Source of the DNA: an uncultured bacterium
GTDB taxonomy: Bacteria > Babelota > Babeliae > Babelales > Babelaceae
Assembly: GCA_963717435.1 (NCBI GenBank)
Contig: OY970332.1
Location: forward strand, 384,001 to 448,000
Direction of reading: 5' to 3'
DNA: 64,000 bases
Shown here: one piece after another, positions 12,090 through 21,423 of the stretch
Layout of the letters: every line of letters begins with the position of its first letter
How positions within the stretch are numbered: position 1 is the first letter of the stretch
Position numbers and translations under genes: made by a program
Notes under the pieces: model-generated
What the model saw: only the letters and a program-made list of their open reading frames with translations
What the model was told of the DNA's origin: nothing
The model's database searches: none

Positions 12090-14018
12090 ATGGATATAAA
12101 TTTTTTAAAATATAAAGCTTATAAGTTAAGAGAGTTATCAATTAAAGCAACAACGCAAGCGGGCAGTGGGCACCCAACTTCATGTCTTTCAGCAGCAGAT
12201 ATAGTCGCAGTTTTATTTTTTGATGTCATGAAATATGACCCACAAAATCCCAAAAATATTAATAACGACAGATTTATTTTATCAAAAGGGCATGCGGCGC
12301 CGTTATTATATGCCGCCTGGGAACAAGTTGGTGTAATCACAGAAAAAGATCTATTAACTTTAAGACAGTTCGATTCAAATTTAGAAGGTCACCCGACGCC
12401 AAGATTTAAATACAACGAAGCAGCAACCGGGTCACTGGGCATGGGCCTATCAATTGGTGCGGGATTTGCTCTCAGCGCAAAATTAAATGGGTTAGACTTC
12501 AAAACTTATGTGCTTATGGGTGATGCAGAAATCGCCGAAGGACAAATTTGGGAAGCAGCAGAAATCTCTACGCATTATAAACTTGATAACTTAATTGGCA
12601 TTGTCGACGTTAACAGACTTGGTCAAAGCACAGAAAACTTAGACGACCATAATTTAAATAAAATAAAAAACAAATTTGATGCTTTTGGTTGGCAGACTTT
12701 TGAAGTTAATGGACATGAAGTTAAAGAACTGGTTGAAGTTTTTGCGGCAGCACAAAAAATTAAAAATAAACCCGTTATGATTCTTGCCAAAACTTTTAAG
12801 GGTCACGGGATCTCCGATGTCGAAAACAAACTTGGTTTTCATGGCAAAGTTTTCCCTCAAAAAGATCTTGCTAAGATTCTTGATGAACTTAAAAATAGAT
12901 TTAAAAAAGATTCTGAGTATCAGGAAAATAGTAATTGGGAGCCTGAGAAGCCCGACCGGTCAACCGGACAACTAACCGCTCGTCCCGAGTGTTTTCAGAG
13001 TGCAAGCGAAGAAAATGTATCGAGGGATGGCGGCAAAAACCATGGCGAGAGCGCGATAAAATTACCAAGCCCGGAATATAAAGTTGGCGAACAGATCCCA
13101 ACAAGAAAAGCATACGGACAGGCACTGGCGCAACTGGGCAAAGTTTGTGAGCAAGTTGTAAGTTTAGATGGTGATGTTAAAAACTCTACGTTTGCAGAGA
13201 TATTTGAGGCTGCATTTCCAAAAAGATTCTTTCAGTGTTTTGTGGCAGAACAAAATATGGTCAGCATGGCAGTTGGGCTTGCAAGCAGAGGCAAGTTGCC
13301 ATTTGTTTCGACTTTCGCAAGCTTTATAACCAGGGCGCATGACCAAATCAGAATGGCGGCAATTGGCAGATCCAATATAAAAATAGTCGGATCCCATGCC
13401 GGGGTTTCTATCGGGGAAGATGGGCCATCTCAAATGGGGCTAGAGGATATAGCTTTAATGCGCACTGTTCCTGAGTCTGTAATATTATACCCGTGCGATG
13501 CTGTGAGCACCCAAAATTGCGTAGAACTAATGGCAAATTACAATTCCGGAATTAGTTATTTAAGAACAACAAGAGGGGCAACTGCTTGCATTTATGACCC
13601 ATCAGAAAAATTTGAGCTTGGTGGGTTTAAAGTTTTAAAAAAATCGTCCCAAGATTTGGTTTGCATAATAGCAGCAGGAATTACAGTTTTTGAAGCTTTA
13701 AGGGCTCACGAACTTTTAGACAAGAAAGGGATAAAAGCACGGATAATAGATCTTTATTGTGTAAAGCCAATAAACGCGCAAACACTAGCAAAAGAAATTT
13801 CAGAATCATCAGGCAGGTTAATAACGGTCGAGGACAGCTATATTGAGGGAGGAATTGGGGAGGCTATATGCACGGCTCTAAAAAACAGATCTTTTTATAT
13901 AGAACACATGGCTGTAACCAAATTGCCAAGATCAGGTTCTCCTGAGGAACTATTGGCATTTGAGGAAATAGATCATCAGTCGATTATTAATATGACAGAA
14001 AGAATGGTAAAGCAGTAA
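12090..14018 (+). CDS. tkt: Transketolase
   Basis: SGHPTSC, SKGHAAP, EGHPTP, ATGSLG, GDAE..EG, GEDGPSQM; ATG 12090 preferred because the longer ORF start lies inside a repeat. Confidence 0.93.
   Translation: MDINFLKYKAYKLRELSIKATTQAGSGHPTSCLSAADIVAVLFFDVMKYDPQNPKNINNDRFILSKGHAAPLLYAAWEQVGVITEKDLLTLRQFDSNLEGHPTPRFKYNEAATGSLGMGLSIGAGFALSAKLNGLDFKTYVLMGDAEIAEGQIWEAAEISTHYKLDNLIGIVDVNRLGQSTENLDDHNLNKIKNKFDAFGWQTFEVNGHEVKELVEVFAAAQKIKNKPVMILAKTFKGHGISDVENKLGFHGKVFPQKDLAKILDELKNRFKKDSEYQENSNWEPEKPDRSTGQLTARPECFQSASEENVSRDGGKNHGESAIKLPSPEYKVGEQIPTRKAYGQALAQLGKVCEQVVSLDGDVKNSTFAEIFEAAFPKRFFQCFVAEQNMVSMAVGLASRGKLPFVSTFASFITRAHDQIRMAAIGRSNIKIVGSHAGVSIGEDGPSQMGLEDIALMRTVPESVILYPCDAVSTQNCVELMANYNSGISYLRTTRGATACIYDPSEKFELGGFKVLKKSSQDLVCIIAAGITVFEALRAHELLDKKGIKARIIDLYCVKPINAQTLAKEISESSGRLITVEDSYIEGGIGEAICTALKNRSFYIEHMAVTKLPRSGSPEELLAFEEIDHQSIINMTERMVKQ
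12976..13039 (+). repeat. A-family repeat inserted in-frame within tkt
   Basis: CCGCTCGTCCCGAGTG...GTATCGAGGGATGGCGGCAAAAA; ends match the copy at 54285. Confidence 0.85.
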
Positions 14019-14120
14019 TAAGAGCAAAAAAAATTTATAAATTAAGAAAACTATAAAACTATTGAAGTTAGCATTAACATAAGATCATACTTGTAATTAG
14101 AAAAGACTAGGAGTTTTGAC

Positions 14121-14555
14121 ATGGAAGATCAAATATTTTACTGGCTATCATTTTTTATATTTTTAGTAATATTTGAAATAGGTAAAACCAAAAAAAATCT
14201 GCGTCTTGCTATAATAATTTCAGCATTGGTGCCAGTTGTTGTCAGTTTTTGTGGATTTAAATTTGATCTGCAACTTGCAGCTTTTGTATTATCTACCGCA
14301 GTTACTTATTTTGTACTCAGAAGTCTTGAGAATAAAAACAAAATTGATAATAATTTTGAACTTTTAGAATTGCATGGAAAAAGGGGAATTGTCACAGAAC
14401 CATTAACGCCGTTTAAGTATGGATTTGTAAAAATTGATGGCCATGTTTGTCCTGCACAATCACTCAGAAATACGTCAATTGAAGTAGGCGCACTAGTTGA
14501 AGTTATAGGAGCTTCAAGCTGCCACATCGTGGTTGAAAAGATCCACGAGTATTAA
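14121..14555 (+). CDS. NfeD-like membrane protein with C-terminal OB fold
   Basis: TM helices followed by G.RGIVTE....GFVKIDG....A.S....IEVG..VEVI. Confidence 0.75.
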   Translation: MEDQIFYWLSFFIFLVIFEIGKTKKNLRLAIIISALVPVVVSFCGFKFDLQLAAFVLSTAVTYFVLRSLENKNKIDNNFELLELHGKRGIVTEPLTPFKYGFVKIDGHVCPAQSLRNTSIEVGALVEVIGASSCHIVVEKIHEY

Positions 14556-14571
14556 AAAAAGGGGAAAGTGT

Positions 14572-15543
14572 ATGTTTGGGGCAAGTTTTTTATTAAAAAA
14601 TAGATTTAGATTTATTACATGCTTAATAATTATTAATATATTTTTGTCAGATTTTAATAATATTATTGCAGATAAAATAGAACTGTCCCCAGAAAATCTT
14701 GAACAAAAATCTGTACCAGCAGTAACACAAGCAACATCAGTACCAGCAGCAAAAAGAAAAGCCAGAACAATAACAATATTTGTTCATGGCTCAATTTTAA
14801 AACTGCCAATCTTGTGGCGCGCAAAAAAGGGCTGCGTAAACGGGCTCGTGCAATATTCTGATATCTGCGACGAATGTGGTTACAAAAAAGTATTGAAACA
14901 TCTTAACGAAGTTGATCCCAATAATTACAGGGCAGAAGATAATTATATGTTCGGTTGGTCGGGTAGCTTGCGATCAGGACGAGGGGAAGAAGCTTCGATA
15001 CAACTTTATGATCAACTTGCAGGACTCGTAGAAGAATATAAAAATAAGTACGGCTATATACCAAATATAAGAATTATAACTCATAGTAATGGCGCCCGGA
15101 TCGCTTTATATTTGGGAAAAACTGCAAAAAGACGAAATAATAAAAACTTCAGGGTCCAAGAAGTAATCATGCTTGCGTGTCCAGTTCAACATATAACAAG
15201 TAAGCTAATACCACAAAGATGCTTCCGAAAAATATATTCGCTTTATTCACTTTCTGATTGGGTCCAAATAATCGCACCACAAAGCTATAAAAAATTTAAG
15301 AAAAAAGAATGCAAAAAATGCTTATCTCCATTCTTTTCAAGCAGATTCTTCCCTGATTACCCTAATTTAATTCAGGCAAAAATCAGGGTAAATAATCGTG
15401 GGATATCACACTCAGGATTCTTAAGACATAAGTTTATAAGAAAACTTCCACAAGTTATTAACGAGCTTGATAATTTGTGGGATAATCCAACACCAAGTTG
15501 TGAAAAAAACAAACCCTGCAGCGTAATAATGGTTAAAGTTTAA
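14572..15543 (+). CDS. Secreted alpha/beta-hydrolase-fold protein
   Basis: IFVHG, FGWSG, ITHSNG nucleophile elbow, SHSGF; signal peptide. Confidence 0.65.
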   Translation: MFGASFLLKNRFRFITCLIIINIFLSDFNNIIADKIELSPENLEQKSVPAVTQATSVPAAKRKARTITIFVHGSILKLPILWRAKKGCVNGLVQYSDICDECGYKKVLKHLNEVDPNNYRAEDNYMFGWSGSLRSGRGEEASIQLYDQLAGLVEEYKNKYGYIPNIRIITHSNGARIALYLGKTAKRRNNKNFRVQEVIMLACPVQHITSKLIPQRCFRKIYSLYSLSDWVQIIAPQSYKKFKKKECKKCLSPFFSSRFFPDYPNLIQAKIRVNNRGISHSGFLRHKFIRKLPQVINELDNLWDNPTPSCEKNKPCSVIMVKV

Positions 15544-15575
15544 AAAATCAATTTTTAAGGTTTAAGGGAAAGTTG

Positions 15576-17213
15576 ATGAATAGTTTTAAAAAAATATTAT
15601 TTTTAATAAGTTTAGCTGCAATAAATTATAACTTAAATGCTTGGATCGCTGAGCTAAGAATAGAAAATGAAACAGAGTATCCCATTGATGTCCATGTTGA
15701 AACTAAAACAACATTTAATGATTATAATATAGAGCATAATAGAATACTTGATCTAAAACCATTGGAATCGGAGAATCTTAAGAAATTCACAATCAAATAT
15801 TCACCTAAGTATTCATCATACTTGTCAGGCAAAATGAGCCCTCTTGATATAGCAAAAAACATTGAAGAGATAGTTGAAGAGCAAAAGAATATTCACGTCG
15901 ATAATAAGTTAAAAATTCAGATAAAAGAAAATAAAGGGTGGACGCCAAAGGTTGGAGGTTATGGCCTTGTCCCTGAAATCAGTACTAATCAATTAAATGT
16001 TGGCACCGTTTCAATAGACGCTGAGGTTACAATCGAGGGCTTCAACCAAAAAACAAGTTTAGGCCATCAAGATTATAAAATAGATCAAAATCTTAGGACA
16101 TTCAAAGACATTGTAAATCTTATCATCCAGGATTATAAAACTAAAAAACTAAATTCTTACTATTATACTGTCACAGTATATAAATCATCCGGAAAACTCA
16201 TGAGACTTAAGCAAGAAGATTTAAATAAAACTTTAAAGGAATTCGGTTTTATTTATCCGGATACCATTGATATTTATTTTCATGAGACAAAGGAAATGCC
16301 TTTAATTAATTTAAGGGCTTCCATCGTATCGTCAGATTACCCCAAAAAGCCAAAAACAGAACAAATTACTATAGATAAATGGGACAGCCTAGAAAAATTA
16401 ATAAGGGTTCTTTCGGATGCTCATCAGGGATTTGCCAGACTAAAAAAAGATAACAATTATCAAATTAAGTTTGGTGACAAGACATATAAAGGTCCACTAA
16501 ATAGGAGTTTAGGCGAATTAAAATTGAGTGACAATGATGTTATAACATTCATATACCCCTTTATAACTATAAAGTGCAATTTAGTTGAAGTAGAACAAGT
16601 CCCTTCTTTCAGACAACCGAATAAAACTATAAAAGATTCAATTTATATTGCTATTGAAGGTGATAAAACCTTTGGAGAATTAGAACAAAAAATTAAAAAA
16701 GAATCTAAGATTTTTTCAAAAACATTTAGTGAATTAAGATCATTAGACAAACTATATTATGTAGAATTTAATGGCAAAAACAGAGCAGAATATGAAATTT
16801 CAAGCGATGAGACATTATATTCGTTGGGCATAAAAGACAATTCTTTAATCATTTTTAACTATTATGTGGAACAAAAATCCACTTCCAAAACTCAAGGACC
16901 CCAAAAATCTGCGCAGCAATTAGCAAATAGCCCGTACTACATACTTGGCCTTCCTGACAAAGCGGATGATGCTCAAATACTTGGTTTAACTGAGGAACAG
17001 TTAAAAAATAAATCTGAAGTAAAAAAAGCATACTATAAATTAGCGGTGATCTGGCATCCCGATAAAAGAACAACTAATGAGATTGCAATAAAGCGTTATT
17101 CTGATCCAGAAGTTTTAAAAGCTATTGGACCCGATCCTGATGGCAAAAAAATTAAAGCTTTGTCAGAAGAAGTGTTTAAGCTTATTTCTAACGCTTATGA
17201 TCGTAACAATTAA
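15576..17213 (+). CDS. Secreted protein with ubiquitin-like repeats and C-terminal J-domain
   Basis: Signal peptide; three beta-grasp-like units ending KTLKEFGF, RSLGELKL, ETLYSLGIKDNSLI; PYYILG...KKAYYKLAVIWHPDK...FKLISNAY. Confidence 0.8.
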   Translation: MNSFKKILFLISLAAINYNLNAWIAELRIENETEYPIDVHVETKTTFNDYNIEHNRILDLKPLESENLKKFTIKYSPKYSSYLSGKMSPLDIAKNIEEIVEEQKNIHVDNKLKIQIKENKGWTPKVGGYGLVPEISTNQLNVGTVSIDAEVTIEGFNQKTSLGHQDYKIDQNLRTFKDIVNLIIQDYKTKKLNSYYYTVTVYKSSGKLMRLKQEDLNKTLKEFGFIYPDTIDIYFHETKEMPLINLRASIVSSDYPKKPKTEQITIDKWDSLEKLIRVLSDAHQGFARLKKDNNYQIKFGDKTYKGPLNRSLGELKLSDNDVITFIYPFITIKCNLVEVEQVPSFRQPNKTIKDSIYIAIEGDKTFGELEQKIKKESKIFSKTFSELRSLDKLYYVEFNGKNRAEYEISSDETLYSLGIKDNSLIIFNYYVEQKSTSKTQGPQKSAQQLANSPYYILGLPDKADDAQILGLTEEQLKNKSEVKKAYYKLAVIWHPDKRTTNEIAIKRYSDPEVLKAIGPDPDGKKIKALSEEVFKLISNAYDRNN

Positions 17214-17271
17214 GCAAATTAGTTTTAGTATTATAAACAAAACAAAGTTTTAGTTTAGTGAAAGAGGATCC

Positions 17272-18639
17272 ATGAAAAATATTAAAAAAATATTATTTTT
17301 AATAAGTTTTGTCCTGTTAAACACAAATATAAATTCAAATATAGACGTCACTGTTAAATTGCAAGGCATTACAGGTGAAGATATAGAGACAAAAAGTTTT
17401 CCAATCTCAGATACGAATACTTTGCAAAACTTCATAAACAAATTCTTTTCTCTATCCAAAAAACTTAACAAATTTGACAAAGATAATTTGTATTTTATGA
17501 AAATTGATGACAATGAAATAATGTACGATCATAGCAAAAATAAACCATTAGCAGATCTTGGTGTACGAAATAATTCTATAATAGTTTTAATATATAATTA
17601 TTCTAGATCAGACAGCTCGCAAAAACCAAAAGCCAAAACCTCTTTTGAAAGTAAAAATATCAAAAAGATAGACGTTACTGTTAAATTGCAACCCATTATG
17701 GGGCAAAATATAGAGACAAAAGTTTTTTCAATCCTACCTACGGATTCTTTGGAGACTTTGATCAATACATTCTTCTCGCTATCGGAAGCATTTGATAAAT
17801 TTGAAGAATATCTTTTGTATGATATTACAATTGATGGCAATCGAATAGATTATACTTATTATAACAAAAATAGATCATTAGCAGATCTTGGCGTACAAAA
17901 TGATTCTACAATAGTTTTAAAATATTATGATAATTCGAGATCAGGCAGCTCGCAAAAACCAAAAGCCAAAACCTCTTTTGAGAGCAGAATAACCGTTTAT
18001 GTAACATTGATAGAAAGAGTGGGGGCAGCCGCTGTAACAAAAGAGAATAAAATTTATAAAATTTCAAATCAAAAAAGCTTAAGGGATCTGCTTAATGCTT
18101 ACTCATCAAAATCTTCAATTTGGGATTATATAAAATCAGCAAACATGCCTTACTCAATTTATGTTGATGGCCGCCTAATAACTCAATATGATTACTCAAA
18201 AACTTTAGACGCTTTGGGTGTAGAAGACGATTCAAAGATAAATATTGAATATGAAGGCGTTTCCGAAAAACCGCGCGCCCAAAGACCTTATGAATATTAT
18301 CCTAAACAAGAACAGCCACAAAAAACTCAACAACCTGCGCAGCAATTAACAATTAGCCCATACTACATACTTGGCATTCCTGATAAAGCAGGTGATGCTC
18401 AAATACTTGGTTTAACACGAGAGCAGCTAAGAGATAAATCTGAAGTTACAAAGGCTTACAGAAAATTAGCGCTGATCTGGCACCCCGATAAAAGAACAAC
18501 TAACGAGATTGCAAACAAACGTTATTCTGATCCAGAACTTTTAAAAGCTATTGGACCCGATCCTGATGGCAAAAAAATTAAAGCTTTATCAGAAGAGGTG
18601 TTTAAGCTTATTGCTAACGCTTATGATCGTAACAATTAA
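17272..18639 (+). CDS. Secreted 3x ubiquitin-like + J-domain protein (copy 1)
   Basis: Units ending KPLADLGVRNNSIIVL, RSLADLGVQNDSTIVL, KTLDALGVEDDSKINI; HPD J-domain. Confidence 0.85.
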   Translation: MKNIKKILFLISFVLLNTNINSNIDVTVKLQGITGEDIETKSFPISDTNTLQNFINKFFSLSKKLNKFDKDNLYFMKIDDNEIMYDHSKNKPLADLGVRNNSIIVLIYNYSRSDSSQKPKAKTSFESKNIKKIDVTVKLQPIMGQNIETKVFSILPTDSLETLINTFFSLSEAFDKFEEYLLYDITIDGNRIDYTYYNKNRSLADLGVQNDSTIVLKYYDNSRSGSSQKPKAKTSFESRITVYVTLIERVGAAAVTKENKIYKISNQKSLRDLLNAYSSKSSIWDYIKSANMPYSIYVDGRLITQYDYSKTLDALGVEDDSKINIEYEGVSEKPRAQRPYEYYPKQEQPQKTQQPAQQLTISPYYILGIPDKAGDAQILGLTREQLRDKSEVTKAYRKLALIWHPDKRTTNEIANKRYSDPELLKAIGPDPDGKKIKALSEEVFKLIANAYDRNN

Positions 18640-18697
18640 GTAAATTAGTTTTAGTATTATAAATAAAACAAAGTTTTAGTTTAGTGAAAGAGGATCC

Positions 18698-20065
18698 ATG
18701 AAAAATATTAAAAAAATATTATTTTTAATAAGTTTTGTCCTGTTAAACACAAATATAAATTCAAATATAGACGTCACTGTTAAATTGCAAGGCATTACAG
18801 GTGAAGATATAGAGACAAAAAGTTTTCCAATCTCAGATACGAATACTTTGCAAAACTTCATAAACAAATTCTTTTCTCTATCCAAAAAACTTAACAAATT
18901 TGACAAAGATAATTTGTATTTTATGAAAATTGATGACAATGAAATAATGTACGATCATAGCAAAAATAAACCATTAGCAGATCTTGGTGTACGAAATAAT
19001 TCTATAATAGTTTTAATATATAATTATTCTAGATCAGACAGCTCGCAAAAACCAAAAGCCAAAACCTCTTTTGAAAGTAAAAATATCAAAAAGATAGACG
19101 TTACTGTTAAATTGCAACCCATTATGGGGCAAAATATAGAGACAAAAGTTTTTTCAATCCTACCTACGGATTCTTTGGAGACTTTGATCAATACATTCTT
19201 CTCGCTATCGGAAGCATTTGATAAATTTGAAGAATATCTTTTGTATGATATTACAATTGATGGCAATCGAATAGATTATACTTATTATAACAAAAATAGA
19301 TCATTAGCAGATCTTGGCGTACAAAATGATTCTACAATAGTTTTAAAATATTATGATAATTCGAGATCAGGCAGCTCGCAAAAACCAAAAGCCAAAACCT
19401 CTTTTGAGAGCAGAATAACCGTTTATGTAACATTGATAGAAAGAGTGGGGGCAGCCGCTGTAACAAAAGAGAATAAAATTTATAAAATTTCAAATCAAAA
19501 AAGCTTAAGGGATCTGCTTAATGCTTACTCATCAAAATCTTCAATTTGGGATTATATAAAATCAGCAAACATGCCTTACTCAATTTATGTTGATGGCCGC
19601 CTAATAACTCAATATGATTACTCAAAAACTTTAGACACTTTGGGTGTAGAAGACGATTCAAAGATAAATATTGAATATGAAGGCGTTTCCGAAAAACCGC
19701 GCGCCCAAAGACCTTATGAATATTATCCTAAACAAGAACAGCCACAAAAAACTCAACAACCTGCGCAGCAATTAACAATTAGCCCATACTACATACTTGG
19801 CATTCCTGATAAAGCAGGTGATGCTCAAATACTTGGTTTAACACGAGAGCAGCTAAGAGATAAATCTGAAGTTACAAAGGCTTACAGAAAATTAGCGCTG
19901 ATCTGGCACCCCGATAAAAGAACAACTAACGAGATTGCAAACAAACGTTATTCTGATCCAGAACTTTTAAAAGCTATTGGACCCGATCCTGATGGCAAAA
20001 AAATTAAAGCTTTATCAGAAGAGGTGTTTAAGCTTATTGCTAACGCTTATGATCGTAACAATTAA
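18698..20065 (+). CDS. Secreted 3x ubiquitin-like + J-domain protein (copy 2)
   Basis: Identical to 17272..18639 except DALGV to DTLGV. Confidence 0.85.
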   Translation: MKNIKKILFLISFVLLNTNINSNIDVTVKLQGITGEDIETKSFPISDTNTLQNFINKFFSLSKKLNKFDKDNLYFMKIDDNEIMYDHSKNKPLADLGVRNNSIIVLIYNYSRSDSSQKPKAKTSFESKNIKKIDVTVKLQPIMGQNIETKVFSILPTDSLETLINTFFSLSEAFDKFEEYLLYDITIDGNRIDYTYYNKNRSLADLGVQNDSTIVLKYYDNSRSGSSQKPKAKTSFESRITVYVTLIERVGAAAVTKENKIYKISNQKSLRDLLNAYSSKSSIWDYIKSANMPYSIYVDGRLITQYDYSKTLDTLGVEDDSKINIEYEGVSEKPRAQRPYEYYPKQEQPQKTQQPAQQLTISPYYILGIPDKAGDAQILGLTREQLRDKSEVTKAYRKLALIWHPDKRTTNEIANKRYSDPELLKAIGPDPDGKKIKALSEEVFKLIANAYDRNN

Positions 20066-20087
20066 GTAAATTAGTTTTAGTATTATA

Positions 20088-20129
20088 AATAAAACAGGGC
20101 CAAGAGATTTAACTTGGCCCTGTTTTATT
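20088..20129. terminator. Bidirectional terminator
   Basis: AATAAAACAGGGCCAAG/CTTGGCCCTGTTTTATT between convergent genes. Confidence 0.75.
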
Positions 20130-20136
20130 GTTTTCG

Positions 20137-20224
20137 CATCCCTCGATACATTTTTCTTCGCTTTCGCTCGAAAAACACTTCCAGGCTTCGTGCAAGACTT
20201 CGCCGGACACGGCGGGGCGAGCGG
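20137..20224 (-). repeat. A-family repeat with nested B module
   Basis: CATCCCTCGATAC...GGGGCGAGCGG; same CCAGGCTTCGTGCAAGACTTCGCCGG insert as at 11991. Confidence 0.85.
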
Positions 20225-20266
20225 GCGTGCTTGCCCTGTTAAAATTTATATAAACCCCTAGAGAGC

Positions 20267-21256
20267 CTAATTATTTAAAGATAGCTTATCGATCAAGATG
20301 TTAAAGTCTTCTGGCATATTTTCGGTGAATTTATAGTCTTGGCCCATAAAATTAAACTTTAAACTGTAAGCGTGAAGTGCTTGTCTTGAGATTAACTCTG
20401 ATTTAATTCCATAAACCGCGTCACCAATTAATGGGTGTGAAATCGCTGCAAAATGGACACGGATCTGATGGGTTCTGCCAGTAACTGGACTTGCTTCTAT
20501 TAACGATGCGTTATTAAGATGCTTTAAAGTTTTATAATTTGTTAAAGACTGTCGACCTGCGCCGTTAGTGTGGGTCATCTTGTGGCTGTGAACAGTATGT
20601 CTTTTAATATTAAAATCTATAGAAGATTCTAATTCTGTGTGGCCATTAACTACAGCTAGATACTTTTTGTGAATTAGCCTATTTTTGAACATATCTGAAA
20701 ATATTTCGTGTGAGTACCCTGAACGGGCGATAATCATGATTCCGGATGTGTCTTTGTCCAACCTATGAACTATGCCGGGCCTGTCGCCAATTCCAACAGA
20801 AGCGAGTTCTTTATAATTTAATAATAACCAGTCGACCAAGTTTGGAGAATTATCATCTTTGTTTGCTTTGTGGACTATTAATCCTGCAGGCTTAAAAACT
20901 ATTAAAAAGTGTTCGTGTTCAAACACTGTTTTGACGTTTATAAAAGCCGGATTATTAGTTTCTTGCTTAGATTCAGCAACCTGTCTTTCTGGAACACTAA
21001 CTGTGATATTATCTCCAAGTTTAACAGATGCGCTGTGTTTGGTTGCCTTACGACCATTAATTTCAACATGGCCATGGGTTATCAGCTTTTGAAAGAAGCT
21101 ACGAGAAGTACCTTCAAAATTTTGCGCCAAATAGTTGTCCAAGCGCATTACAGATATAATATCTGAGTTTTCTGAGCTTATGGATTCTTGGGATAGTGCT
21201 TGTAAATTTTCAACTTTGATGCCATAAGATTGGCCGGGTATGATGATAGACTCCAT
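20267..21256 (-). CDS. rluD: RluA/RluD-family pseudouridine synthase
   Basis: S4 domain RLDNYL..SRS, KPAGLIVH, RPGIVHRLDKDTSG, TGRTHQIRVH. Confidence 0.88.
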   Translation of the reverse strand: MESIIIPGQSYGIKVENLQALSQESISSENSDIISVMRLDNYLAQNFEGTSRSFFQKLITHGHVEINGRKATKHSASVKLGDNITVSVPERQVAESKQETNNPAFINVKTVFEHEHFLIVFKPAGLIVHKANKDDNSPNLVDWLLLNYKELASVGIGDRPGIVHRLDKDTSGIMIIARSGYSHEIFSDMFKNRLIHKKYLAVVNGHTELESSIDFNIKRHTVHSHKMTHTNGAGRQSLTNYKTLKHLNNASLIEASPVTGRTHQIRVHFAAISHPLIGDAVYGIKSELISRQALHAYSLKFNFMGQDYKFTENMPEDFNILIDKLSLNN

Positions 21257-21423
21257 TTTTGTCTCTCTTGTAGTTTATTTTATTGCTATAATTTCAGGGT
21301 AATTGCAGAATTTTACAAAGTCAAATGGACAGGCTAAAATTAATCGGTTACCCTTAGTCTTAAAATAGCTTAAATAAGCAGATAAATCCCAATTTTTAGC
21401 GCCTATAATTCGGAGTTTTTCTT

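Larger units (their letters stand above)
17214..20096 (+). repeat. 1426-bp near-perfect tandem duplication
   Basis: Starts 17272 and 18698 differ by 1426 bp; one A/T amino-acid difference and two intergenic SNPs. Confidence 0.9.
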
